Positions 38,205 to 49,695 of a DNA stretch of 64,000 nucleotides are shown here, piece by piece (the stretch's first letter is position 1; each line of letters opens with the position of its first letter). The stretch lies in contig CM035360.1 of the NCBI GenBank assembly GCA_020137815.1, positions 3,286,001 through 3,350,000 of the forward strand. Reading direction: 5' to 3'. A program made the position numbers and the translations under genes. Under the pieces are notes generated by a model. That model saw nothing but the letters and a program-made list of their open reading frames with translations. It ran no database searches and was not told the origin of the DNA. This DNA is from Hormiphora californensis (taxonomy: Eukaryota > Animalia > Ctenophora).

Positions 38205-39262
38205 TGGACTCCACTCGACACCCTCGCCCTACTGGGTTCACTTGACCAAGGTCCTGCATCAGGTGCTTGGTTTTGACCTGTGGTTCGTGATTGGGCTGAA
38301 GGGATTCTTTCACGGCGGTTCCTCTCATTTCCAGTCCCACGTGATGTTCCTTCTCCAGGCCTAGTCCTCAGGGTGTCCTTCAAGTGATGTTTGGTACAGC
38401 TCAGTTTATAACACTGGTGCCGTAACTCGGAATTCTTACACAGTGGAGGATGGAAAAAGTTACATTCAGTGTTCTGGCATCCAACGCTCCTCATAGATCC
38501 ATAGTTGCAAAACTTTTTGCACAGTGTAGGGTGAGATTTGGGACAAGATCTGCCACTAACTAGCTTCGTCCCATCTCTCCCGTGTCTGCACCTCCTTTGC
38601 AAATAAAACCTACACACTTCGTTTCCTGGAACACCCCTCTCTCCCTGTTCCGCTGGGTCCGGTAGGTCCTCTCGTTCCTCTGCAGTTCTACTGATGTGCC
38701 TTCCCAGGATCTGCTCTCGGTTTGAACTACGTCTGGTCGAGTTATGACTAGGATCTGGACCACCGTCAGGTAGATGGCTAGTAAACCTTTCCAGAGTTTG
38801 TTTACCGAGGCAAGGGGAGCACACCCAAATTCGGCTTTTGATAGCAGTGCTGCTGGCCTCTTCTCGTATCTTTGCACAGTTGTGCAGACCGCCACCACAG
38901 ATGAAGCACCGAGCAGGGGGATTTTCATTTCTCTTCACGGAATACTTTTCGGTACACTCGCTGCATGTTTGGGGACCAAATCCCTCTATCCGCATGATGA
39001 TCCAGTCAGCCAGGGTTGTTACTGAATGGTATTTCTGCACTCCAGACGCCACACATCTAACCTCTTGGCCAAGGAAGATAGCAGTTGCCTCCAGATTACT
39101 AGCTGGGATAGCCTCCAGTTTGCTGAGGTTTTCCTCATAGTCCAGAGAAGGGTCATAAACTTCAATAACCTCCTTAACCGGTGTTCTGGCATCCTCTTTC
39201 AGCTCAGAGAGTACAGCAGCAAAGACGGCTGGATCTGTGTCATTAGCATGGTCCATTGCCAT
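37964..39262 (-). CDS. LINE B ORF1: PHD-like plus tandem CCCH zinc fingers
   Basis: CSEC..CFIC...HNC..WVCSPC; CRFYLQRRCRH..CPKSHP..CKKFC..CNFFHP..C..C..CTKHH. Confidence 0.9.
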   Translation of the reverse strand: MAMDHANDTDPAVFAAVLSELKEDARTPVKEVIEVYDPSLDYEENLSKLEAIPASNLEATAIFLGQEVRCVASGVQKYHSVTTLADWIIMRIEGFGPQTCSECTEKYSVKRNENPPARCFICGGGLHNCAKIREEASSTAIKSRIWVCSPCLGKQTLERFTSHLPDGGPDPSHNSTRRSSNREQILGRHISRTAEEREDLPDPAEQGERGVPGNEVCRFYLQRRCRHGRDGTKLVSGRSCPKSHPTLCKKFCNYGSMRSVGCQNTECNFFHPPLCKNSELRHQCYKLSCTKHHLKDTLRTRPGEGTSRGTGNERNRRERIPSAQSRTTGQNQAPDAGPWSSEPSRARVSSGVQWSQSQNQRPGPDAAFLEAVLDRLRDSIAGIVRTEMRNRPEPEPVLLPDQLYSQHTQPAQLPAGTGYTFSPHQQRGRRSY

Positions 39263-39306
39263 ACTAGACACTACAGTGGAATATTTGAAAACGCACGGGC
39301 GCGCGC

Positions 39307-39347
39307 CTCAAATTAATTTGTTTAAAGTAGTGTTGAAAAGTTTGAAA
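39307..39347 (-). other. Spliced-leader exon copy at the 5' end of LINE B
   Basis: TTTCAAACTTTTCAACACTACTTTAAACAAATTAATTTGAG, identical to 27117-27157. Confidence 0.85.
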
Positions 39348-40619
39348 GTTGTTAAAGAAGAACATTTGGAAGAGGCACGGGAGCTATTCAAAGATGTAGG
39401 TGTCAAGATTACATCGGCCGGAGCTCGCCACCTCGGTGCTGCAATTGGAATGGAGTCATACAGAGCGGAATATGTATCGGAAAAGGTAGCAGAGTGGGCT
39501 GCAGCTCTTATGAATCTCGTAGACGTTGCAAAGACACACCCACACCTCGCATACAGCAACTTCGTGAGAAGTTTTAAGTGTAAGTGGGGATATCTACAAC
39601 GAACCATCCCTGACATCGGCCCTCTATTCCAGCCTATCGAAGACATCATCCGGCACAAGTTCATCCCTCTAGTCGTTGGAAAACATGTGTCTGATCTTGA
39701 ACGGAGAGTCCTGGCTCTGCCGATAAGGATGGGTGGTTTGGCAATTGAAGACCCGACGGAAGCTGCAAAACACCAATACAGCAGCTCGAGGTTCATCAAC
39801 ACCCCACTCGTTGAATTGATCCTTTCAGACGGGTCTGAAGGCGGCACCATAGCAAATGTAGAGTCCTGTGCAGCTAAAAACAAAAAGGAGTGTGAAGAAG
39901 CCGCTCAAGAACGGGCTGAGCTTGAGCTGAAATCGATAGTGTCTGAGGCAGATGATCGCCTGAAACGGGCACTGGAGCTTAACTCTGAACAGGGATCTTC
40001 AAGCTGGTTATCAGCCAGACCACTCAAACACCTTGATCATGAGTTTAACCAGAGGGAATTTGTTGATGCCATTCGTCTAAGATACGGCTTTCATTTCTCG
40101 GATCTTCCTTCCAAATGTGGATGTGGGGCTGACAATAATGCAGACCATGCCCTAATCTGCAAGGTTGGTGGGTTCGATATTTGGAGACACGATCATCTGA
40201 GGGACACCATGGCCGAGTTGTTCAGGTATGCAGGATTGAAACCGGTGAATACAGAACAGCTGCTTCTTTTTTTTATCGGGAAAAACATTTAAACCGAAAA
40301 TTATAAAAGCAAATAGTTTCGTCAAATATCTGTCGTCCTCCGGCTCAGGGCTCAACCAACGTGGCTTGAACGCCACCATGACAGGTCACACCCAACACTA
40401 CCGTGTGAAGGACATACATTTCCTGTCAGTGCCAACACCAGGGACGATGCCCGAATGGACATAGTATGCCGAGGTCTATGGCGGGATATGGAGGCATCCT
40501 ACCTCGATGTGCGGGTGTTTCACCCTAATGCTCCCTCCTACCAGAAAACATCAATCGCTCAGCTACACAGAACTCACCAGAACCAGAAGAAAATGGCCTA
40601 TTTGAGGAGGGTTCTAAAC

Positions 40620-41750
40620 CCTGTACTCGACCTGAAAGAATGCCTCTCAAGTGCAGACTCGATGTCTTTTGCCGATGACACTAAGCTGATCCAGGCTATC
40701 CAGACCCTTCTTGACCAAGTGGAACTTCAAGAGGACATCAAAAATGTTAGTCAGTGGTCGTCCAATAACAACATGAGGCTTCACGAGAAGAAGTTTCAGC
40801 TAATGATATACCCCCTAGGCAAGTCCCAGTTGCTTAGGGAGCTACCTTTCACGTCTGAAACCCTGAGCTATGTTACGGAAGCAGGTACGACTGTGGAACC
40901 TGAACAGCACGTAAAGGACCTCGGTGTATGGTTGTCGGCGGATGGTACATGGACTTATCACATCAATGACATCGTTAGGAGGGCCAACCGGATTGCGGGA
41001 TGGATTCTGAGCGTGTTCAGATGTAGATCTCAGGAGGTATTACTGACTCTATACAAGGCCTTGGTTCGTCCCATTCTAGAGTACTGCTGCTTGGTTTGGT
41101 CACCGTCCAAGGTAGCTGACATCCAGGCGCTGGAGAACGTTCAGCGAGCGTTCTTAAGAAAGATCTATGGGATGAATGAGCTGACCTACTGGGAGCGGTT
41201 GGAGACTCTGAAAATCATGTCCCTTCAGAGGCGACGCCAGAGGTACGAGCTTATACATGTCTGGAAAATCTATCATGGACTAGTACCTAACTGTGTAGGA
41301 ATGGAATTCCAGACAGGCCGCTTGGGGATACAGGTCAAAACGCAGAAGTATCCTTATTGGGCTGATAGGAGGCGAGCTACCCAGCTGTTCAACTCGTTCA
41401 GTTACAGGGCTCCTCAGTTGTGGAATAAACTGCCCCGAGAGGTGACCCTTTGTGAAACATTGGCAGGGTTTAAGGCTAGCCTGGGTTCTTTCATGAAGGA
41501 GTACAAGGACAGGCCTCCAGTGAGAGGGTACCCCACGGTCCCGAATGACTTCAGTCAGGCGGCGAAATCTTAGCTGTGTGTGATTTTGCTGTGTGTGATT
41601 TTGCTGTGTGTGATTTTGCTGATGACTGACCACATGACGGGGCGATTCGATTTTAATATTTTGAGTTAAGACTTGACAAGGAGGACCCACTCGCTGGGAA
41701 ATCCGCACGCGTTTAGATTGTGTAAATTTAATTTGATTTGATTTGATTTG
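40620..41750 (+). mobile_element. 5'-truncated CR1-group LINE inserted in the CRE endonuclease domain
   Basis: FADDTKL..VKDLGV..LEYC..LQRRR..PPVRGY, with an (ATTTG)n tail. The CRE frame reads VLN|VEQ across it. Confidence 0.88.
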
Positions 41751-42193
41751 ACGTAGAGCAGGGTAGCTTCACTCCTCTTGTGTTTGCTACTTCAGGAGGC
41801 TTCGCACCAGAGGTTAAACGAGTTCTGGAATGCGTTGGACACAAAATCTGCTCCAAGCACCAAGAAGGACTCAGTGAGACGATGTCTTTTATAAGACAAA
41901 AGCTCAGATTTAGCCTGTTGAGATCAACCTTAGTAGCATTGAGGGGCACTAAGAGGCGTGTGGTACCATTTATGCCGAGCGAAATTGATTTCAGAGTGAC
42001 GTAATTTATTCTGTGTTTACCTTTATAAATCGCTAGGGACGTGCGTGGTGTACCAGGAGTGGTGAATTATGCAGCCATTCTTTATTGTGTCTCTACCTCT
42101 TTTCTCCGTGTCCTAACACAATATACCTATGGTACACCCGCACACGTGTTCCTTTTTCACTCTGATTTCTCTTTTCTGTTCAAAAAAAAAAAG

Positions 42194-42233
<40 letters not shown>

Positions 42234-42819
42234 ATATGCGCATATTATTAAATCTAAAAATGTATACATTGCATTAACTCAACATATACGCCCCTTTTTG
42301 TGGCGCATATTATATTATAAGGGGACTGCAACGTATGCCAAGCACAATCAAGTCACGCCCACCAATCACAGCTCAGAACGCGCGGAGTGCTTCGCGCGTT
42401 CTGAGCTGTGATTGGTGGGCGTGACTTGATTGTTCATGACTTGAACATTTCCGAGGGGCCTCATGAGATTTTGTGAAATTTCCTACGGTCAATTCATGCC
42501 CCACTAGACAGAGACTTAAAATTTGTTATGTAGAAATAACTTCTTACAATACAAATTTCAAGTCACTGTATCATCAGGGAGTGGAGCCATGACCGTGGGA
42601 AATTCCACCAAAACCAAGTGACGGTCCGCGGTCGAGTCTTTTTAGTATCGTATCAGTCGTTATCAGTTTCGTATCACATCTAATCGCTCTGACTGTGACC
42701 GTTACTTGCTGCAGTTTTCTAGAACAATCTCTACATCAATGTCCAATCCAGACCCCCTTTCCTTGATGATGAGAATCCTTGTTGAGAGGAGTTATAGGCC
42801 CGGCATGCCATGGCCTATG

Positions 42820-43800
42820 AAGTTGAATGATGACAAGTTTGAAGTTCTGCAATACTCAATAAAACCCTGCTCCTAAAGCAGTTGCCATTCTCCCAGGAAC
42901 TCCAGACATACTACACACCAAAGGGTCTTACAATTGAACCCAAACCCTGTGTCCGTGACTTAGGAGTTCAGCTCCTAACAAACGACCTTTCTTGGGAAAA
43001 CCAAATAGGAAAAATGACGTCGGATGCCCGAAAAATGAGTGCTTGGGTTTTAAGAGCCTTCAAAACAAGAGACAAAAGGACAATGACTATCCTTTACAAA
43101 AGTCTTATTCGCAGCAAATTAGAATACTGCTGCCCACTCTGGGACTCACCAAAAATCTCGAATATCCAGAATGTTGAAGCGATTCAAAGGAAGTTTACAA
43201 AACGGATCACTGGAATGGGAAACGTAAACTACTGGGAGCGTTTGAAAATCCTAAACATCCTCTCCCTTCAACGCCGCCGGGAGCGCTATACCATTGTCAT
43301 GATGTGGAAAATGGCCAATGAAAAAGCCCCCAACAATATTGGCATTCGCTTTTACAACTATACCCGACTTGGAAAAAAGGCAGAGATCCCTACATGCCCC
43401 ACAAACACCCAGAAATCGGTCCAGACGAAGCACCACAACTAGTGGAAGCTCTTACGGTATTCCCACGACCGTGGGAAAAGAGAGATAGATAGAAATACTA
43501 AGAGAGAGAAATTCCTCTCTCTTAGTATTTCTATCTATCTCTCTTTTCCCACGGTCGTGGGAATACCGTAAGAGCTTCCACTAAACTCGTTTTCAAGTAG
43601 AGCGACACGGTTATGGAATACCCTCCCCAGCGAAGTGAACTCAGCGGAAGATTTGGACTCATTCAAGATACTTCTGGGGAAATGGCTGAAGAGATTCCCG
43701 GATCGTCCCCCGGTACTCGGATACCAAAAACAGAACAACAATTCAATATTGGACTGGATACGGAATGTTTCCAGGGAGGGGGAGGCTCTGTAAGGAACTG
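42820..43800 (+). pseudogene. CR1-group LINE 3' fragment split by a MITE
   Basis: VRDLGV..LEYCCPLW..LQRRRERY..LWNTLP. The MITE at 43440-43583 has TAG..CTA ends and an AAC TSD. Confidence 0.85.
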
Positions 43801-44166
43801 ACACCGGTGTAGGATCTACACAAAGACAATACCAAGATACCAAGATGCCTACAAGGTTGAGGATTTTGCTCGATCTGTGTATGGAGACAAGCGTAAAGAT
43901 GTTGATCATATTGGTATGTACTCTAAAATGCTTAAAAATGCCAAAAATGAGTAAATTGGCATACTTTGACCGCAAATATCCACAAAGTCAGAACAGTTAG
44001 AGATAGACCCTCAATTTCTTCACAACTCTTAGACTAACTTTTTATTCTGAACAAAATGGCACCAGTGAAAAGTCTCTAAACCACTCCAGAGTGGCTATAG
44101 CCATATGGAGGCCCGAAAACGTGTTGCGACGCGCACCCTACGGCTTGAAATTTAGTGCTTTATAAT

Positions 44167-44703
44167 GATAAAATCAGCTAAAAACGGTACCAAAATTGCT
44201 TGAAACGGGTTATAGACGGTATCAGACGGGTATCAGACGGTATTCGTATCGAAAAGTTGTTAAGACGATATTTGAAACTGAATCGCGAGATTTTGCTTAC
44301 AGCTTAGGCGTTGTTTAGACGGTACGTTTACCGGTTTCAGTTGAGACGTTGTTTAGATGGTACGTTCATCGATTTTCCTTTAGACTGCGTTTAAACGTAC
44401 TTTTAGAACTCCGTCTGAGTTACAGACGGGGTTGTAAAAGTCCGTCTCAACGTCTGGACTCTGGTACAATTTTCAGACGTGCCGTCTTAACTTTGAACGG
44501 ATACTGTCTAGAGACCGTCTAGACACTGTCTAGATACCGGGACGGTACCGTCTAGAGACCGTCTGATACCGTCGCAACACCGTCTGCTACCGTCTATAAC
44601 CCGTCTGGCGTCTGATACTGTCTAAAACCCGTCTATAACCCGTCTGATACCGTCTATAACTCGTTTCAAGCAATTTTAGTACCGTTTTTAGCTGATTTTA
44701 TCA
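44167..44703. mobile_element. Foldback with AGACGG subrepeats
   Basis: TGATAAAATCAGCTAAAAACGGTAC.. is inverted at 44660-44703. Confidence 0.7.
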
Positions 44704-45268
44704 AACCCCGTCTAGACGGTATACCGTCTAGACACCGTCTAGTCAGCGTTACGACGCCGTATGCGGCAAATGAGAAATTGCCTCCTAGTGGTACTCCCCG
44801 TTCATCCACGAAATTTTGTGAGAAAACACGGCACACCACTCTTACTTTAAGGAGCCAAAAAATAGGGTAGCAATCCTTAGTAAACACACGAAGTCGGTTA
44901 GTTGCATTAGACTGTTTTTGTCTGTTTACAGTCATGGACCTGTAAATGCCACTAAGAGAGGCGCTACTTACAGACTGTTTGCAGTCTGTAATATAAAGGT
45001 CTGTAAACGATTCACAGACCTTTACAAATCTGTAAACAGTCTGTAAGTAGCGCCTCTGAAAGTAGCGCCTCTGTAAGTAGCGCCTCTGTAGCATTTACAG
45101 GTCCATATTGTATTTGACCGGGATTTGACCGTAAATAGACAAAAACAGTCTGTAAATTGCAATTCACAGACTTCGCATGTTTAAAGCTGAAAGACAAATT
45201 AAATACAGAAATTTCAATCAATTTAAACATTTAATTGATTAGTTGATTTAATTTAATTAATTAGTTGA

Positions 45269-45883
45269 TTAAGCCATAGGGGCCTCACAGACGATCCTTT
45301 GCGGATCCTTACAATTCATATGATGGTACTTCCACCTCCATTCATTGTGGTTCCTATAACTCACCATGCAGGGCATAGAGTGGTTGTTGACATTCCGTCC
45401 AGGGTGCACCTTGACATTCAACTTCTGCTGAATTTTCCTCATATCCTCTCCACTAGCGGTGTAAAAATCTGCGACGTTGGTGCTTTGTCCTTTACTGTTA
45501 CACACAGTTCCGAGATAGTACCAGGTGTTATGTCTCATCACGTTCTGTTCCACCCATTTGTACTCCTCTCTATCGTTAGGTTGCCAGTTGTGCGCCTGGT
45601 TCCTGTTACAAAACTCCTCACCATCCTTCCAGTTCTTGTGCCCAGCCTCAAAATAACACTTTTTATTCCACTCTTTCCATCCTCCTTTGCACTGGGGCTG
45701 TCCTTGGTCAATTCTGAACTGGGGGGACCAGTTTCCAAGGTGACGAAAACGGCAGGTTGTGGGAACAGGCCGTACATAGTATCCCTTAAAGTCACCGCCT
45801 CCGCCGATATCCTTGCCGTAATCCGTGCAGATGACATTAGCAGCGGAGGTAACTCCGAAAAGGAGAACAAAAAAGAGCAACAT
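45269..45883 (-). CDS. Secreted C-type-lectin-like domain protein, 204 aa, intronless
   Basis: Signal peptide; C..GW....KCY....W..GE.FC..A..E...V..WYYLG..C..W..C....VCE. Confidence 0.85.
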   Translation of the reverse strand: MLLFFVLLFGVTSAANVICTDYGKDIGGGGDFKGYYVRPVPTTCRFRHLGNWSPQFRIDQGQPQCKGGWKEWNKKCYFEAGHKNWKDGEEFCNRNQAHNWQPNDREEYKWVEQNVMRHNTWYYLGTVCNSKGQSTNVADFYTASGEDMRKIQQKLNVKVHPGRNVNNHSMPCMVSYRNHNEWRWKYHHMNCKDPQRIVCEAPMA

Positions 45884-46057
45884 GGTAAGTCACTCGTGAG
45901 GCTAAACTATTACAACTTGAACTAAATTATAATTGTATGTTATAATTATGTGGCATACCGGCATCCTTTTGTTGGTCGGCATCCTTTTAACCCCAACCAC
46001 GATACAGTGTTGTTCAAAAGTCTTGTGCTGACGTGGCATCTATAGAGAGAAAGAAAA

Positions 46058-46152
<95 letters not shown>

Positions 46153-46328
46153 GCAAACGTATTGCACTCGGCATGCTTTAAACCCAGACCACGACTCAGT
46201 GTTATTCAAAAGTCTTGAGCTGACGTGGCATCTGTATTTATGCTGATAGAGAGGAAAATAATGCGGACAACAAAAAAAAAGAATTCGACGCCAATTTTCG
46301 GACAACAACTCACTTTCGACGTGTTTAA

Positions 46329-47632
46329 GGGTACACCTGGCGTTTTTCATCATCGAGTGCCCAACCAAATGACTTCACCAGGGTTTAGGTCATACAAAAT
46401 GGACCTCAAATATGCAATTTTAGCCCTAAAGTCGAATTCATATTTTTGCTACAGCCTATTTTCAAAGTGGCGTTTTTTCAATTTTTGTCGGAATTTTTAA
46501 CCTCAGGACCACTTTTTTTGAGATAGAAACATTAAATTCTTGGAATTTTAAGAGAATATAAAGGTGAATAAGCCCAACGAAGGATTTTTGAAATGGAGCT
46601 TATTTCTGGCCATGAGAACGCTTCACTTTTTTGCTTCTTTGACACGCTGGCTGAGAATGTTCCCATGCTTCATTGGAGATGAAAATCTGGAAATAGTTGC
46701 TCAAAACGATTATCTATGTGGCCTAAAAATTTCGGAACTTTCCCGCCAAAGATGCGGTGTACAGAGCTTGTTTTGTGAAACCCGTCTTTTTGAAAAAAGA
46801 GGGAAATTCCCTGTATCTCAAAAACGGATGATCGTAGAGACCTGCGACCGAGCTTAATCGATTCAGAAGGTCCGATTTTGGGGGAGTCTTCTGAGAGACA
46901 TTTTGCTCCTACTCCAACCGTTTTTGCTGTAATTGCAAAAAACCAATTCTATGAAAAGGGGAAACAACTCTATTCCAGTAGCCTGCTTCGGGCTGATTTC
47001 CCCCTTACTTGCTGATACCTTTTTCGCAATTACAGCAAAAACGGTTGGAGTAGGAGCAAAATGTCTCTCAGAAGACCCCCCCAAAATCGGACCTTCTGAA
47101 TCGATTAAGCTTGGTCGCAGGTCTCTACGATCATCCGTTTTTGAGATACAGGGAATTTCCCTCTTTTTCAAAAAGACGGGTTTCACAAAACAAGCTCTGT
47201 ACACCGCATCTTTGGCGGGAAAGTTCCAAAATTTTTAGGCCACATAGATAATTGTTTTGAGCAACTATTTCCAGATTTTCATCTCCAATGAAGCTTGGGA
47301 ACATTCTCAGCCAGCGTGTCAAAGAAGCAAAAAAGTGAAGCGTTCTCATGGCCAGAAATAAGCTCCATTTCAAAAATCCTTCGTTGGGCTTATTCACCTT
47401 TATATTCTCTTCAAATTCCAAGAATTTAATGTTTCTATCTCAAAAAAAGTGGTCCTGAGGTTAAAAATTCCGACAAAAATTGAAAAAACGCCACTTTGAA
47501 AATAGGCTGTAGCAAAAATATGAATTCGACTTTAGGGCTAAAATTGCATATTTGAGGTCCATTTTGTATGACCTAAACCCTGGTGAAGTCATTTGGTTGG
47601 GCACTCGATGATGAAAAACGCCAGGTGTACCC
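46329..47632. mobile_element. Kolobok-like foldback, copy 2
   Basis: TTAA TSDs; same family as 15528-16830. Confidence 0.92.
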
Positions 47633-47642
47633 TTAAAGTTAA

Positions 47643-48111
47643 AGTGAGAGTGGACCGAATCAGAATTGCACAAGTTTGTTGTAGGTAGTAGAGATTAGCT
47701 TTCTGAGCATTTTGCGTTTTTGTCGCTCAAAATCGACCCACCCATCACTGAGATATTTTTGTTATGTTGGGAGAACTCCTGTTTAATCAGTATGTATAAA
47801 ACAGAATAGAAATAATCGTGGTGTTTTACTAACACATTCTGAATATAAGCAGCGAGGTTGACATGTCCATGCACAGAAGCAGGGCAATGCAAGCCATCAT
47901 ATTAACAATTTAAAGAATGTGTTAGTAAAACACAAGGATTGTTTCTATCCTGTTTGATAAATATTGATCCAGCAGAAATTCTCCCAACATAACAAAAATA
48001 TCTCATTGATGGGTGGGTCGATTTTGAGCGGCAAAAACGCAAAATGCTCAGAAAGCTAATCTCTACTACCTACAACAAACTTGTCCAATTCTGATCCGGT
48101 CCACTCTCACT
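47643..48111. mobile_element. MITE with TTAA TSD and AG..CT ends (Kolobok-like)
   Basis: TTAA-AGTGAGAGTGGACC..GGTCCACTCTCACT-TTAA. Confidence 0.85.
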
Positions 48112-48192
48112 TTAATCAACATTTTACAAAAGTAAAAGAAGGGTAAAATTTTGGAAAACTAAACCTATGCTCTAAGAATTGAACTCTCATTT

Positions 48193-48828
48193 TCAATACA
48201 AAAAGCTATCTCCATAGTCCTCTACAGACAGTTCAACAAGAATGAGCCTGTAAAACGTAGTAAAATAACTGATTCTATATTCCTCATCATCATTTCGATC
48301 TGGAACAACGTTTTGTCGGCACAATGGGCACGTTCGATATCGGAATTTATCCAGCCACAATTTGAGGCATGTCCTACAGAAGTGATGGCCACACGGAAGG
48401 GATGAGACAAGGACGAACCGTTTCATGCTCTCCATGCATATGGGACAGTCTGCATCATCTTCCTTCACCCAGAGGATACCGAGTCCGTTAAAAAGTCGGA
48501 GAATGCTTTGTGTGATCTTCACTGTACAGTACACCCCACTCAGGAGGATTACTAAGGAAACGAAGAAGAACTCTGGGTATGTTAGAGTGAAGTGTTGGAC
48601 AATGACCACCTTGTTCTGGGAAAATGTACAGGAGTAATTAGCACTGTGGAGAAGCCTCGTCCGAAAGTCATAGTACTGGGAGAAAATTGAAGCTGAGGAA
48701 GAGGAGGGGAGGTTCCTTTCTGTAGTTGAGATGAGTGATTTGGACATGAACAATACTGCAAGGATGTTTATGTAGAGGAGAACGAGAGAGCAGGTACAGA
48801 TAATTGGGCCGATGCCACCACTAAACAT
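48193..48828 (-). CDS. Membrane-associated C3HC4 RING finger protein
   Basis: Two hydrophobic segments, then CPIC..LPCGHHFCRTC..W..CPLCR; splice acceptor near 48891. Confidence 0.8.
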   Translation of the reverse strand: MFSGGIGPIICTCSLVLLYINILAVLFMSKSLISTTERNLPSSSSASIFSQYYDFRTRLLHSANYSCTFSQNKVVIVQHFTLTYPEFFFVSLVILLSGVYCTVKITQSILRLFNGLGILWVKEDDADCPICMESMKRFVLVSSLPCGHHFCRTCLKLWLDKFRYRTCPLCRQNVVPDRNDDEEYRISYFTTFYRLILVELSVEDYGDSFLY

Positions 48829-49621
48829 TTAGCATTGGTGTCATAGCGGGATGTTGGCGAGAGAAAGGAAACTTTCTGTGTAGATCTGTCCTACAAGAAT
48901 TGGGGGAGGGTGTTACAACAATTTTAAACATACATTCGAAATTCTTGCTCCTTATCAAACTTTTCAAAACTAGGATATGCTTTGCATTCTGTCGCCGAAC
49001 ATTTCAAATCGCGTAATAGCGTCAGTTTCAACCCCAAAGACTAACTAGAGCGTCTTACAACGTATCGTAGTAGCAAATTTATAAGCTAAAAACAGTAAAT
49101 CAATCACTTGCTCTCCTCTCTCTCTCCCTCTATAAATAGTAAATCAGCTGAAAATCATTTGGAAATAATTTGTCTTGCTAGACCCTGTTTCCCACGCCAC
49201 GCCCGGAAACCTCTTTTACAAATGTAAAGGAGGGATAACATTAGAACATATAAAAAGGGAATCCATGTGAATTATAACTAAAATAGGTGTTTATTTAATA
49301 ATTTAATAATTTAATAATTTAACTAACTACATAATAAAAATGATAAATTATAAAATCAATAACCCATATACAGCTGTTCAAGCCACGTGCCTTTCTCCAT
49401 CTAAACAGAACACCTAATACAATTACACATCGTCATCGTGACGTATATTTTGTATACATTTTCTAACAGGAGCATGTAGCTAGCGGGGCGTGGTAGATAC
49501 AACTAACATATTATACACGCAGTACTGCATCATGACGATAATTCAGAAATGATCTTTCGCCACGTGTCGCTCTCCCTATCACTTTCTCTCTATCTCTCCC
49601 TCTCTTTTTCTCTCTCTCTCT

Positions 49622-49695
<74 letters not shown>

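Larger units (their letters stand above)
34827..39348 (-). mobile_element. Full-length, intact CR1-group LINE B
   Basis: Both ORFs open; TTATGAATG tail repeats; TSD TTGTT at 34822-34826 and 39349-39353, inside CRE coding sequence. Confidence 0.95.
34535..42230 (+). mobile_element. 5'-truncated CRE-clade non-LTR element (RT plus restriction-like endonuclease) in four pieces
   Basis: EGSTQGCP..WYADD..GPAFGYFVNPEKCNLIV|KEE..RHLGA..LPIRMGGL..C.CG..HAL.C..RHD..D.RMDI..LDVRV..VEQGSFTPLVFATSGG; poly(A) at 42182-42230; TSD AAGTCATAT at 34526-34534 and 42229-42237. Confidence 0.88.

Noticed and set aside
34535-39400. CRE element targeting an SL gene, as in trypanosomatids
   Set aside because: The CRE frame is continuous across LINE B. 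The SL belongs to the inserted LINE, not to the CRE target site.
39237-40292. 351-aa ORF as a gene
   Set aside because: Chimera: antisense LINE B 5' end and SL read in frame into a CRE fragment.
40455-41573. 372-aa RLE-RT fusion protein
   Set aside because: Chance in-frame junction between the CRE endonuclease and an inserted truncated CR1.
45299-45925. 208-aa plus-strand ORF
   Set aside because: Antisense shadow of the lectin-like gene; non-ATG start and no motifs.
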